Positions 27,111 through 37,137 of a stretch of 64,000 nucleotides of DNA are shown here, one piece after another (the first letter of the stretch is position 1; every line of letters begins with the position of its first letter). The stretch is from Candidatus Marinacidobacterales bacterium (lineage in GTDB: Bacteria > Acidobacteriota > Vicinamibacteria > Marinacidobacterales > DATDRI01). The DNA is taken from contig OZ245365.1 in the NCBI GenBank assembly GCA_965226495.1, positions 2,144,001-2,208,000 of the forward strand, written 5' to 3'. The position numbers and the translations under genes are program-made. Under the pieces are notes generated by a model that was not told the origin of the DNA, did no database searches, and worked only from the letters and a program-made list of their open reading frames with translations.

Positions 27111-28079
27111 TCAGGCTGTAGAACCGGCTTCCTTCTTAGAGAACCCCTCACGAGAAGCCTCGGCGATGTAGGTGAACCAGCCATGACGGTCCTCCCGTTC
27201 GCCGCTTAGAATTCCGAAAAACTCGTCTTGAAGGCGCTTGGTAATTGGGCCTCGTTTTCCGGAGCCCACCGGGATCTTATCGACGGAACGGACTGGCGTG
27301 ATCTCAGCCGCGGTCCCTACCATGAAGACCTCGTCTGCGATGTAGAGTGCTTCGCGAGGAATGACCTGTTCTTTGGTCGGGATGGCTGCGTCGTTGGCCA
27401 GGGTCAGCACCGAATCTCGAGTAATGCCCGGCAAGATCATGGAGTGACAGGGCGGGGTCATCAAAATTCCATTCGACACCACGAATAAGTTCTCGCCGCT
27501 TCCTTCGCTGACGAAGCCGAAGGAATCGAGGGCAATTCCCTCGGCGTAGCCCTCGACGACGGCCTCCATCTTGATGAGCTGTGCGTTCATGTAGTTGGCA
27601 CCGGCTTTGGCTGTTGTCGGAAGCGTGTTGGGTGCCACGCGATTCCAGGACGAGACGCGTACATCGATGCCTTCCGTGATGGCCTCTTCGCCGAGGTACC
27701 TGCCCCATTTCCACACCATGATGTAGCACTCCACCGGACAGGGAAAGGGGTTGACACCCAGCGAATGGTAACCACGAAAGACAATGGGGCGTATGTAACA
27801 TTCGTCCATGGCGTTGACGCGGATGGTCTCGATGATAGCTTCGCGGAACTCCTCGAGGCTAAAGGGAATCTCCGTCCTATAGATCTTGCAGGAGTTGAAC
27901 AGACGCTCCACATGCGGGTCCAGCCGGAAGACCCCCGACCCATTGGCCGTGTTGTAGCAGCGAATCCCCTCGAACAGGGCAGACCCGTAGTGAACGACGT
28001 GGGAGCCAACGTGAATGGTCGCCTCATCCCAGGGGACGAATTTGCCATTTATCCAGATTTTGTCAGATTTCGGCAGCAC
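27111..28079 (-). CDS. ilvE: Branched-chain amino acid aminotransferase
   Basis: HYGSALFEGIRCY, AKAGANY (PLP Lys), EGSGENLF, ILPGITR, GTAAEITP; GTG start chosen. Confidence 0.95.
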   Translation of the reverse strand: MLPKSDKIWINGKFVPWDEATIHVGSHVVHYGSALFEGIRCYNTANGSGVFRLDPHVERLFNSCKIYRTEIPFSLEEFREAIIETIRVNAMDECYIRPIVFRGYHSLGVNPFPCPVECYIMVWKWGRYLGEEAITEGIDVRVSSWNRVAPNTLPTTAKAGANYMNAQLIKMEAVVEGYAEGIALDSFGFVSEGSGENLFVVSNGILMTPPCHSMILPGITRDSVLTLANDAAIPTKEQVIPREALYIADEVFMVGTAAEITPVRSVDKIPVGSGKRGPITKRLQDEFFGILSGEREDRHGWFTYIAEASREGFSKKEAGSTA

Positions 28080-28157
28080 GTACGATGCATCCTTGCCAAG
28101 ATTAGACCGTGAAGTTGTTTCCCGATGGAATAATTCAGATATTACACTAATCATACC

Positions 28158-28187
28158 ATCCTAGGGCAAAAACCCCAATTCTGTCAA
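28158..28187 (-). promoter_or_regulatory. Sigma70-type promoter of ilvE
   Basis: Minus strand TTGACA-18 nt-TAGGAT. Confidence 0.55.
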
Positions 28188-28260
28188 CACGTTCGGCCCC
28201 CACCGGCGTCTGACTGCCTTGTTTATTGCAACCTCCGTATTTTGACGCCCAGGGAGCTTC

Positions 28261-28313
28261 GACCTCTCCCCCTTGGAGAGGAGGTCGGCCGCCAGAGGCG
28301 GCCGGGTGAGGAG
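28261..28313. repeat. REP-like double-hairpin element
   Basis: GACCTCTCCCCCTTGGAGAGGAGGTC hairpin next to CGGCCGCC-AGA-GGCGGCCG hairpin, followed by GGTGAGGAG. Confidence 0.6.
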
Positions 28314-28402
28314 TGGCACCTGGGTTACCCCAACATTTTTAACTGGGTTAACTGGCTGTTTGGCCTCCGGGGGGGCGCCTGGGCTGGGCGGCTAGACCGG
28401 CC

Positions 28403-29341
28403 TTACTGTCTCTCGTTACAGAAGGCGCAGTTCTCTGCGCGGTGGTGGAGGGGCTTCCGGCAGTTCCAACAGAACCGGCTTGTGGGCCGTTCGCGAGCCT
28501 TGAGTCGTTTCCGGATGTCAGTCAAGCGCGACCCTCGATAGTCGATCTCGGAGACCGTGGCCAGGTCATCGAGGAGCTCCTCAGCGCCTTGATATCGGTC
28601 GGTGACCTCGGGAGCGAGTGCCTTTTCCACGATTTCATTGACCTCTCGAGAGACGGCGCGGTTGCGCTCTCTGGGCGGCACTAACCGTCCCGAAGCCGCC
28701 ATCTTCTCCAGCTGTCTAGGGTTAGTGCTGAAGTAGGGAAGTGAGCCGGTCATCATCTCGTACATGATGACTCCGATGGAGTAGACGTCGGAAGCGAAGA
28801 CCGCCCGCCCCTGGAACTGTTCCGGTGCCATGTAGGGCGGGCTCCCGATTATGGTGGAGGCGTGATCGGCTATCTCTAGAAACCGGGAGGTCCCGAAATC
28901 AGCGATCTTGATGTTGCCCGACTCGGTGATAAGAACATTCCCTGGGCGAAGATCCCGGTGCAGAACACCCTGGCGGTGAGCGTGCTGTACTCCTTCGCAG
29001 ATCTGTCGGGAGAACGTAAGCGCCCGCGGGAGGTCGATGACTTTGTCCCGAGTCAGAATCGCTTCCAGAGTTTCTCCTTCGACGAACTCCATGACGATGA
29101 AGAAATAGTCGTCTGCTTTCTCGGCGGTGACGATTCGTACGATATTGTCGTGATCGAGGGCGGCAAGCAGTCTGGGCTCCCGGAGAAGCTCAGTGAAATC
29201 GACGCTCTGGCGGTGCGGAACTTTGATCGCGAACTTCTTGTCGATCCAAGTATCTTTGACTAGGTAGACGGTTCCGAAGCCGCCGCTGCCTAGAGTCTGG
29301 AGGATTTGATACTTGCCGATCTCTTGCCCGAGAAGGAACAT
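28403..29341 (-). CDS. Soluble Hanks-type Ser/Thr protein kinase with C-terminal zinc ribbon
   Basis: GSGGFGTVY, AIK, HRDLRPGN, DFG, YMAPE, DVYSIG; C-terminal CWNC...CAFC; no TM segment. Confidence 0.92.
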   Translation of the reverse strand: MFLLGQEIGKYQILQTLGSGGFGTVYLVKDTWIDKKFAIKVPHRQSVDFTELLREPRLLAALDHDNIVRIVTAEKADDYFFIVMEFVEGETLEAILTRDKVIDLPRALTFSRQICEGVQHAHRQGVLHRDLRPGNVLITESGNIKIADFGTSRFLEIADHASTIIGSPPYMAPEQFQGRAVFASDVYSIGVIMYEMMTGSLPYFSTNPRQLEKMAASGRLVPPRERNRAVSREVNEIVEKALAPEVTDRYQGAEELLDDLATVSEIDYRGSRLTDIRKRLKARERPTSRFCWNCRKPLHHRAENCAFCNERQ

Positions 29342-29350
29342 CCGCGCGGG

Positions 29351-29359
29351 AGTATAGCA
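29351..29359 (-). promoter_or_regulatory. Extended -10 element 9 nt upstream of the kinase ATG (near-leaderless transcript)
   Basis: Minus strand TGCTATACT-CCCGCGCGG-ATG; no SD sequence. Confidence 0.55.
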
Positions 29360-29398
29360 CCATCAGGAAATTTTTCTAACGGTCCTGTTCGGATGGCG

Positions 29399-30112
29399 TT
29401 AGGGCTGCGATAGCCACTCCAAGATGGCGGTCGCCGCCAGGGCTGCGGTCTCTGTCCGGAGAGTTCTGGGCCCAAGACCGACCGGCTCGAACCCTTTGGC
29501 TAGGGCGGAGGCGAGCTCCTCTTCCTCCCAACCGCCTTCCGGACCGATGACCACGAGACAAGCTGACGGGTGGGGCCCGCCACGCAGAGGCGGCCCGCCC
29601 ACCGTGAATAGAAGGCGACGCGAGTAGTCATCCCTTTCGATGAGGGCCTCGAATGTTAGGGGGGCTTCTACTTGCGGAACGATTCCGCGCCCCGATTGTT
29701 TACTCGCCTCCTCGGCGATCCGGCGCCAGCGGGCTATCTGTCCCGCCGCCCGACGGGCGGAAGCGGCGGTGCGGCCAGTGAGGAGCGGAACAACACGGTG
29801 AACGCCCAGCTCGGTGAGTTTTTGGACGATCCTAGCCATGCTGTCCATCTTCGGTACGGCGACCGCCACGGTGAGCTCGAGAGGAGATTCTCGGGTCGCG
29901 ATGGGCTCGAGTAGCTTGGCCGCCGCAGTGGTTTTTTCGCAACGCGTCAAGACGGCTCGAAATTCTTTGCCGTGCCCATCGAAGACGACAACCTCGTCGT
30001 TTGGGCGCAGGCGAAGTACGTTCAGCAAATGGTGCGCCTCGGTACCGGCAATCACCACTTCGCCCCTGGTCGGGATATCTGGAATGAGGAAGCGCCGTTC
30101 CCGCATCAACAT
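29399..30112 (-). CDS. rsmE: 16S rRNA m3U1498 methyltransferase
   Basis: HHLLNVLRL, KLTELGV, EASKQSGR, IGPEGG, LGPRTLRTETA; TGATG overlap with the prmA stop. Confidence 0.93.
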   Translation of the reverse strand: MLMRERRFLIPDIPTRGEVVIAGTEAHHLLNVLRLRPNDEVVVFDGHGKEFRAVLTRCEKTTAAAKLLEPIATRESPLELTVAVAVPKMDSMARIVQKLTELGVHRVVPLLTGRTAASARRAAGQIARWRRIAEEASKQSGRGIVPQVEAPLTFEALIERDDYSRRLLFTVGGPPLRGGPHPSACLVVIGPEGGWEEEELASALAKGFEPVGLGPRTLRTETAALAATAILEWLSQP

Positions 30113-30957
30113 CAACGCGTCGAGCGAGCGAGCAGAGTGGCCCATTCGCCGGCCGTGTAATAGCGAACCGGCTTCATGTGGGAAGGCAAACTCTCTACTA
30201 GGTCTTCGACTTCGGAAACGAGAAGGCCCGAGAGGATGAGTGTGCCACCCGGCACAACCCACTCGGTCAGTCTGTTTAGGTGTCGGACCAGTATTGAAAA
30301 ACGGAGGTTGGCGATGACGAGATCGGCGACGTCCGGACGCGCATCAGAAAGGTCACAGGTCAGGACTTCAACTCGTCCATCCAGCCCGTTACGGCTCACG
30401 TTCTCTCGCGCACAGGACGCCGCGGCTGGATCGATGTCGATGGCGAGGACCGGCTCGCAGCCTAGCGCCGCCGCCGCCATCGCCAGAATTCCGGTTCCGG
30501 TTCCCACGTCAATGACTCTCACTCCCGGCGCGGCCGATTCTTCGACCAACTCGAGGCAGACCCGAGTCGTGTCGTGACTCCCCGTGCCGAACGCCTGCTC
30601 GGGGTCGATACGAAGGACGACCCGTTTGGTCTTTGGAGGCGTTTGCCAAGACGGCGAGACGTAGAACCGATCACCCAGTGCAAACCCAGACAGGCCTTTC
30701 TTCCACTGCTCGAGCCAGTCTTGTTCGGCAACCGCGGCGATCGGATCTATGCGAAGGCTGGGGAGGTCCTGTGCAAGTTTTTCGCTCAGCGGCCTAAGAT
30801 CTGTGCCGGGGAGGAAAAACGCCCATACAGATGCGGAGTCTGCGACCGTCTCCGTACCTATGCAGCCTTCCTCGAAGATGGTGCAGATGGCTGCGTCGAC
30901 ATCGTCACGCGGTCCCCTGAAGAGAAGACTCGGGTAGCTTCGGTGGGATCCTGGCAT
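30112..30957 (-). CDS. prmA: Ribosomal protein L11 methyltransferase
   Basis: DWLEQWK, DPEQAFGTGSHDTT, DVGTGTGIL, LILSGL. Confidence 0.92.
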   Translation of the reverse strand: MPGSHRSYPSLLFRGPRDDVDAAICTIFEEGCIGTETVADSASVWAFFLPGTDLRPLSEKLAQDLPSLRIDPIAAVAEQDWLEQWKKGLSGFALGDRFYVSPSWQTPPKTKRVVLRIDPEQAFGTGSHDTTRVCLELVEESAAPGVRVIDVGTGTGILAMAAAALGCEPVLAIDIDPAAASCARENVSRNGLDGRVEVLTCDLSDARPDVADLVIANLRFSILVRHLNRLTEWVVPGGTLILSGLLVSEVEDLVESLPSHMKPVRYYTAGEWATLLARSTR

Positions 30958-31008
30958 TGCTCGGGCTGACCGCCTGTCATTTCCTAGCAGTCGCTTGCGT
31001 CGACGAGT

Positions 31009-32148
31009 CTACGATCCGAACAGCTTACCGAGGAAGCCCTTTTCCTTCGAGTTTCCGTCGCGTGCTGCGGACAAAGGAGGCGTCAGCTCTCCGAGTTGGG
31101 CGAGTAATTTGCGTTGTTCTCCGCTCAGCTCGGTGGGGGTGACCACGTTGACCACAACCAGTTGGTGTCCCCGGCCGGACCCACGAAGTCGCGGAACGCC
31201 TTTTCCTTTGAGCTTGAAGATTGTCCCGGTTTGCGTGCCCTCGGGAACGGAAATCTTCTCCTTGCCATCGATGGTCGGAACTTCGATCTCATCACCCAAG
31301 GCGGCTTGGACAAAGCTGACGGGAACCTCGCAGAAAATGTCGTCCTCGCGACGCCCAAAAAACGGATGGTCCTCTACTTGAAGAAAAACGTAGAGATCTC
31401 CCGGTGGTCCGCCCCCCGCGCCGGCCTCGCCCTCGCCCGTCAAACGAAGCCGCGACCCGGTGTCTACTCCGGCCGGTATTTTGACGGACAGTTCCCGCTC
31501 CCGTGAAACCTGGCCGCCCCCAGAGCACTCTGGACAAGGCGTGGGGATGACTTGTCCGGTGCCATGACACCTCCCGCAGGCACGCGAGACGACCAGGAAG
31601 CCTTGTTGGTAGCGAAGATGTCCGTGACCGTCGCAAGTGGAACAAGAAGACTTCTTGGTTCCGGGCGCTGCGCCGGAACCACTGCAGTTGGAACAGGTTT
31701 GGGCACTCGGGATCCGAATCCGCGTCTCCGTTCCTTTAACCGCTTCTTCGAAGGTGATTTCCAGATCGTAGCGGAAATCTGCCCCGCGTCGGGCGGAGCT
31801 TCTCGTCCGCGCGCCGCCGAAGATATCGCCGAAGCCGAACAGATCTTCGAAAATGCTTCCGCCGAAAATGTCCGAAAACTCGCGAAAGATGTCCTGGTTG
31901 ACCGTGGGGCCGCCTTTGAGACCGGCGCGGCCGTACTGGTCGTAGACGGCTCGCTTCTCGGGGTCTCCGAGGATGCCGTACGCTTCTGCGGCTTCCTTGA
32001 ACCCTTCCTCGGCGTTCTGGTCCCCGGGATTCTTATCTGGGTGAAGTTTGACGGCGAGCTTTCGGTAGGCGCTCTTGATCTGCTGTTGACTTGCTGATTT
32101 ACCGACACCTAGAACTTCGTAGTAATCTCTTTGGCCTACGCCGACCAA
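31009..32148 (-). CDS. dnaJ: Chaperone DnaJ
   Basis: DYYEVLGV, HPD, four CxxCxGxG zinc-finger repeats, GDLYV. Confidence 0.97.
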   Translation of the reverse strand: MVGVGQRDYYEVLGVGKSASQQQIKSAYRKLAVKLHPDKNPGDQNAEEGFKEAAEAYGILGDPEKRAVYDQYGRAGLKGGPTVNQDIFREFSDIFGGSIFEDLFGFGDIFGGARTRSSARRGADFRYDLEITFEEAVKGTETRIRIPSAQTCSNCSGSGAAPGTKKSSCSTCDGHGHLRYQQGFLVVSRACGRCHGTGQVIPTPCPECSGGGQVSRERELSVKIPAGVDTGSRLRLTGEGEAGAGGGPPGDLYVFLQVEDHPFFGRREDDIFCEVPVSFVQAALGDEIEVPTIDGKEKISVPEGTQTGTIFKLKGKGVPRLRGSGRGHQLVVVNVVTPTELSGEQRKLLAQLGELTPPLSAARDGNSKEKGFLGKLFGS

Positions 32149-32172
32149 TCGCTGTCTCCTCTATTTGTAATG

Positions 32173-33972
32173 TTAGCTTCCGAGCATCGCCGTCGACAAA
32201 GCCGCGGCGGCAGACTCCAACTCGGCCAAGGCGGACTTTAGCTCCTCGACGCTCCCGTCCTTTTTCTGTTCCGCGCCCGCCAAGGCATTACTCGCCTTGG
32301 TCTTCTCTTCTTCAGTCAGTTTGTCGCCGAAGTCGTCGAAGCTTTTCTTGGTGGTTTCCAGTAGCCCTTGCAGCTGGCCCGCGACTTCCTCACGTTCAGT
32401 CTTTGTCTTTTTGTCCTCCTGGCGCGTCTCCGTTTCCCCGCGCAGGCGGTTCACTTCGGTCTCGGAGAGACCGCTCCCGGCTCGGGTCACGATGTTCTGT
32501 TGCCGGCCGGTAGCCTGATCGAGTGCGGTCACTTGGACGATGCCGTTCACGTCGATCTCGAAGGACACTTCGATTTGGGGGACCCCCTTCGGGGCAGGTG
32601 CGATGTCGGTCAATTGGAACCGCCCCAGTGAGGTGTTGTAAGCGGCTGACTCATTCTCGCCTTGAAGAACGTGAACCTCTACCTTCGTCTGGTTGTCGGT
32701 GACGGTGGTGAAGATCCGGCTCTTCTTGGTCGGAATGGTGGCTTGACGATCGATGAGGGGAGTAAACGTCCCATCTTTGGTTTCGATGCCGAGCGTGTGG
32801 GGCGTGACGTCGAGCAAAACGAGGTCGGTGACCTCCCCGGACAGGATCCCGGTCTGGATCGCGGCGCCCATCGACACGACTTCGTCGGGGTTCACACTTC
32901 GGTTGGGCTCGCGGCCAAAGACCTTCCGTACGGTCTCGAGGACCTTGGGCGTACGGGTCTGGCCGCCCACCATAACGACGTCGTCGATCTCGTCTTTCGT
33001 AAGGCCGGCGTCCTTCAAGGCTTTCATGCACGGCTCGATGGTCCGCTCGAGCAGCGGACCGATCATCTCCTCGAACTTTCCCTTCGTGAGGACGGTGTTG
33101 AGATGTTTAGGGCCGGACTGGTTTGCGGAGATAAAGGGAAGAACGATCTCCGACTGAGCAGACGTCGAGAGCTCGCACTTGGCCTTCTCTGCGGCTTCCT
33201 TTAGCCTCTGGAGCGCCATGCGGTCCCCGGTGAGATCGATCTCGGTCTCCTTCTTGAACTCATCGACAAGCCAATTGATGATGAGCTGATCGATGTCCTC
33301 GCCCCCGAGATAGGTGTCGCCACCGGTGGAGAGTACCTGGTAAAGCCCGTCCGTGAGCTCTAGGATCGAGATGTCGAAAGTGCCTCCGCCGAGGTCGTAA
33401 ACCGCGACCGTAGCGGCTTGCGTATGTTGGGCTCCATAGGCGAGGGCAGCCGCCGTGGGCTCATTCAAGATACGCAGCACCTTCAGTCCCGCAATTTGCC
33501 CGGCATCCTTGGTAGCTTGTCGCTGCGAATCGTTGAAATACGCCGGAGCGGTGATGATGGCATCTTCCACCGGCTCACCGAGATAGTCTTCCGCCGCCGC
33601 TTTCAGCTTTTGAAGGACGATGGCCGAGAGCTCGGGAGGGCTGTAGATCTTATCGTTGATCTTGATGTGGGCGTCTCCGTTGGCGGACTGGACCATCTCG
33701 TAGGGGAGTATGTTCTTGGCTCCTTCTATTTCAGGAGAGTCGAAACGCCGTCCGATCAGCCTCTTTACGCCGTGGACGGTGTTTTGGGGATTGGTCAGGG
33801 CTTGCCGCTTGGCGATCTGCCCCACCAGCCGCTCGCCCTTATTGGTAAAGGCCACGATGGAAGGAGTCGTCCGCGCACCCTCCTGATTGGGGATGACTTG
33901 CGCGGTTCCGCCTTCCATCACCACGATGCACGAGTTTGTCGTGCCCAGATCGATTCCTACCACCTTGCCCAA
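32173..33972 (-). CDS. dnaK: Chaperone DnaK (Hsp70)
   Basis: [48 protein letters not shown]; TTG start with AAGGAG. Confidence 0.97.
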   Translation of the reverse strand: MGKVVGIDLGTTNSCIVVMEGGTAQVIPNQEGARTTPSIVAFTNKGERLVGQIAKRQALTNPQNTVHGVKRLIGRRFDSPEIEGAKNILPYEMVQSANGDAHIKINDKIYSPPELSAIVLQKLKAAAEDYLGEPVEDAIITAPAYFNDSQRQATKDAGQIAGLKVLRILNEPTAAALAYGAQHTQAATVAVYDLGGGTFDISILELTDGLYQVLSTGGDTYLGGEDIDQLIINWLVDEFKKETEIDLTGDRMALQRLKEAAEKAKCELSTSAQSEIVLPFISANQSGPKHLNTVLTKGKFEEMIGPLLERTIEPCMKALKDAGLTKDEIDDVVMVGGQTRTPKVLETVRKVFGREPNRSVNPDEVVSMGAAIQTGILSGEVTDLVLLDVTPHTLGIETKDGTFTPLIDRQATIPTKKSRIFTTVTDNQTKVEVHVLQGENESAAYNTSLGRFQLTDIAPAPKGVPQIEVSFEIDVNGIVQVTALDQATGRQQNIVTRAGSGLSETEVNRLRGETETRQEDKKTKTEREEVAGQLQGLLETTKKSFDDFGDKLTEEEKTKASNALAGAEQKKDGSVEELKSALAELESAAAALSTAMLGS

Positions 33973-34072
33973 TGCTAGCTCCTTTGTTTCTGGCTACGTC
34001 GGCGATCCGATTTGGTCGCCGAGACGTACGCCCTCGATAATTCCGGGTCCATCATCGCGTTAGGCATAAGCG

Positions 34073-34837
34073 CTAGGTATCAGACTTCGAACTTTCATCA
34101 CTTGCCCGGACTTCTGCGGGCGACTCGGTATCACTATCCCCTTCGTTAAAGGAGGGGTTATGGCCGACCCTAACCATCGCCGGCCTCAACAAACGCTCCT
34201 TAAGAAAGTAACCCTTTTGAAGAACATCCATGATCTCGCCTTCGCGATGGTCGGTCGTTTCGACGCGAGCCACCGCTTCATGTATGTGGGGATCGAAATC
34301 CTCCCCCAGAGCGACCACTTCACGCAGGCCAGTCTTCTGCAAGACGTCACCGAATTGGCGATAGATGATCGTGACTCCGTCGCGAATCTGTTTTTCGGAG
34401 CCCGACTCATCCGGCTGCGCCGATCCCAAAGCGCGCTCCAGGTTGTCCAGCACCGGCAGGATCTCGAGAACTAACTCTGAAGTTGCGTAGGAAATGAACT
34501 CTTTCTGCTCACGTTCGATGCGCTTCCGATAGTTCTCGAATTCCGCGTGTTTCCGTCGGAGGAGATCTTGGGTTTCCCGGAGCTCCTGATTGAGTTTCTC
34601 AACCCTCGTGTCTTCATCAGGAGGCTCTACCGGCTCTACCGCCGCGAGACCCGTTTCTTCCTGCTCGGGCTCCACTGGCGCGAGGCCGTACTCTTCGGGC
34701 TCCACTCCAGGGGGTTCCGAGGACTCCGGGTAGTGGTTGTGGTCCGTCACCGCAGCTTCTTCCCGGTCTTCCGGGTCCGGCCGGCCTGGCCCGTCTTGAA
34801 TGTCTGGCACCGGTATCGTTTTCTTATGTTTACTCAG
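34073..34837 (-). CDS. grpE: Nucleotide exchange factor GrpE; probable CTG start
   Basis: AEFENYRKR, LPVLDNLERAL, FDPHIHEAV, QKGY...LLRPAMV; GAGGAG 7 nt before an in-frame CTG at 34837. Confidence 0.93.
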   Translation of the reverse strand: MSKHKKTIPVPDIQDGPGRPDPEDREEAAVTDHNHYPESSEPPGVEPEEYGLAPVEPEQEETGLAAVEPVEPPDEDTRVEKLNQELRETQDLLRRKHAEFENYRKRIEREQKEFISYATSELVLEILPVLDNLERALGSAQPDESGSEKQIRDGVTIIYRQFGDVLQKTGLREVVALGEDFDPHIHEAVARVETTDHREGEIMDVLQKGYFLKERLLRPAMVRVGHNPSFNEGDSDTESPAEVRASDESSKSDT

Positions 34838-34934
34838 CGAACTTCTCCTCGTCTTTGCTCCGCATTGTAGAGCGTTCCACGTTCCTCGCATCGGGCGTGA
34901 CATATCCCTTTGCGGGGCAGGTGATTGGGCTCGG

Positions 34935-36014
34935 CTATGGCAACCCCGTGATGTGCGCATCCGCTCTGGCCGGGGAGTGGCTAATCGTATCCGACAACGA
35001 GCGGGCGATGTAGTCCACGACCGAGATGAACTTTGCGTATTTCATTCGGGTCGGGCCTATGATTCCGACCGATCCCAACTCTCGATCCTGGTACCGATAG
35101 CTGGCAGCAATCAGCGAGATGCCCTCAAGGTCTGGAACCTGCGCTTCCGAGCCGATGATGATCTCGAGGTCGCTGCCCTCCAAGCAGGCGGTGAGGATCT
35201 CTAGGACGCGGTTCTTCTCTTCGAGCGTAGCGAAAAGCTGCTGCGCGCGTCCGATGTTGGTACTGAACTCGGGTTTGGCTAGCATCCGCGATGTGCCCTC
35301 GAGGTATACATCGGCCGCCGTCGCGTTTTCCGCAAAAGCCACCTGGCCCAAGGTCAAGGCGTTCTGCACGACACGATCGTATAGGGCTTGTTCCTCTCTC
35401 AGTTTCAAGAGCATCGTTTCCCTCGCCTCCGCGAGGGTAAAGCCCCGGAACTCGGTGTTCAAATACCGCGCGCATCGCTCGAGCTCCGGACCGGTGAACT
35501 CTTCCGTCAGCTCGACCACCCGGCTTACAACCTGCGCGGTTTCCGAGACCACTACGACGAGAAGGCGTCCTGGGGCGAGCCTCACAAAGTCCACCTGCTG
35601 CAATGTACTTTGCTGAATGTCCGGGCCGATGACGAAGCTCACCATGTCGGTCATGCTCGCCAGAAGGTGGGAGGTCCCTTGCATGAGAGACCCGACGTCG
35701 CCCTCCGACTGTTTCAACCTTTTCCCGATCATGTCTCGCTCGCCCGGCGACAGCCCGCTCCCTTCCTTGACCGTGCCAACGTAGAAACGATATCCCTTGT
35801 CGGTCGGTACTCGTCCCGCCGAGGTGTGTGGTTGGAACAGGTAGCCGAGCTCTTCGAGGTCGGCCATTATGTTGCGGATCGTAGCCGGAGAGAGACCCAG
35901 AGAGTTCACTTTGGCGAGCGTCCGGGAGCCCACGGGGTCGCCGAAAGCGATGAACGTATGCACCGCTTGCCGAAGAATACTCTGGGTTCGCGTGTCCAAG
36001 TCTGTTGTCTTCAT
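34935..36014 (-). CDS. hrcA: Heat-inducible transcription repressor
   Basis: PVGSRTL, SPATIRNIMADLEELGYL, PHTSAGRVPTDKGYRFYV, GIIGPTRMKY. Confidence 0.96.
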   Translation of the reverse strand: MKTTDLDTRTQSILRQAVHTFIAFGDPVGSRTLAKVNSLGLSPATIRNIMADLEELGYLFQPHTSAGRVPTDKGYRFYVGTVKEGSGLSPGERDMIGKRLKQSEGDVGSLMQGTSHLLASMTDMVSFVIGPDIQQSTLQQVDFVRLAPGRLLVVVVSETAQVVSRVVELTEEFTGPELERCARYLNTEFRGFTLAEARETMLLKLREEQALYDRVVQNALTLGQVAFAENATAADVYLEGTSRMLAKPEFSTNIGRAQQLFATLEEKNRVLEILTACLEGSDLEIIIGSEAQVPDLEGISLIAASYRYQDRELGSVGIIGPTRMKYAKFISVVDYIARSLSDTISHSPARADAHITGLP

Positions 36015-36038
36015 CCGTATCGCTCGGAAGTTCAAGGT

Positions 36039-36065
36039 TTAGCACTCTCGGCTCAAGAGTGCTAA
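36039..36065. promoter_or_regulatory. CIRCE element (HrcA operator)
   Basis: Perfect TTAGCACTC-N9-GAGTGCTAA, 24 nt upstream of the hrcA ATG. Confidence 0.97.
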
Positions 36066-36070
36066 GTCCT

Positions 36071-36099
36071 TATCTAGCAAATATCTCCCAAGTTGTCAA
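36071..36099 (-). promoter_or_regulatory. Promoter of the hrcA-dnaK operon
   Basis: Minus strand TTGACA-17 nt-TAGATA with TGn, immediately upstream of CIRCE. Confidence 0.55.
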
Positions 36100-36268
36100 G
36101 AAAACCGTCAGTTCGCCGCGTTTGCGAACAGATCACTAGTTCGAATGCTAATTCCAGGGGATCAGTACAGAAGGATAGCATAACTCCCCTCTGCAGAGAA
36201 GCGCCGTCCTAGCGACGCTGATAGAGGCGCCCACACGCCTACTGGACGCCCGAGAGCGTCATGAGCCC

Positions 36269-37114
36269 TCAAACCGCCTTGTCAAGATCTGTGCGCCTGG
36301 CAAGATCACGCCGGAACACGTTCCAATCACGGTTCGAGTACTTGGTGTCAGCCAAGCCTACCGCGGACTCCTTTTCGAAAGGCGAAAGATAGCGCACGGT
36401 GGCCGGCCCTCCCATCGCGCGCTCGAACTCGACCGCTAGAGACTTCATGAGCTCCGACGCGGACATGGAAGGTTCAAGGAGCTCGTTGACGCCGACGGCA
36501 TGCAACTCGTTGGCAGCTTCGTGGCCGACCACGTTTGCCCAAAGTGCCGTGTCGATGTTCAAAAGGATCGAGCCGTGCTGCAGGAAGCCTCGGCGGCTCC
36601 ACTTCTGGGCACCCCCAATAACTTTGCGACCCCCCGACGTGAGCTCGTGGCCCGTGGGAACTGCGAAACACGGAAGCGCGTCGTTTTCCGACTCCGGAGC
36701 AGGTGAGTGCTTCGACGCAGAGGGGAGCGGATCCATCGGCACTCCCTTCCTCTCGAGGCATTGGTGTAGCACACGGCTAACCCATCGGTAGACGCTTCGT
36801 ACCGAAAGCCCTCGAAACGGGCCGTGCGCACCAGCCGTGACGCAATAGGTGAGCTCCCGATCGTGAAGCACCGCTCTTCCGCCGCTTAGACGCCGTATCG
36901 TTTCGATCCCTAACCTTCGACATGCTTCGAGGTCGCAGGTTTCTTCCAGATTCTGCCGGAAGCCGACGGACAGTGTGGGGCGAGACCAAGAGTAGAGGCG
37001 GACCGTGGGCGGCGCCTGGCCGCCGATCGCGGAAAGAAAAAGCGCCTCATCAACGCCCATGTTCATCGCTCCATCGCCAGGCGGATCGAGCAGGAGTCTC
37101 CAGGCCAAGGTCAC
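36269..37114 (-). CDS. Lipoate-protein ligase/octanoyltransferase (LplA/LipM family)
   Basis: NMGVDEAL, RLYSW, RRLSGGRAVLHDRELTY, CF, GRKVIGGAQ, LQHGSI. Confidence 0.88.
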   Translation of the reverse strand: MTLAWRLLLDPPGDGAMNMGVDEALFLSAIGGQAPPTVRLYSWSRPTLSVGFRQNLEETCDLEACRRLGIETIRRLSGGRAVLHDRELTYCVTAGAHGPFRGLSVRSVYRWVSRVLHQCLERKGVPMDPLPSASKHSPAPESENDALPCFAVPTGHELTSGGRKVIGGAQKWSRRGFLQHGSILLNIDTALWANVVGHEAANELHAVGVNELLEPSMSASELMKSLAVEFERAMGGPATVRYLSPFEKESAVGLADTKYSNRDWNVFRRDLARRTDLDKAV

Positions 37115-37137
37115 CTCGGGGGGGGACGAACCTTAAT

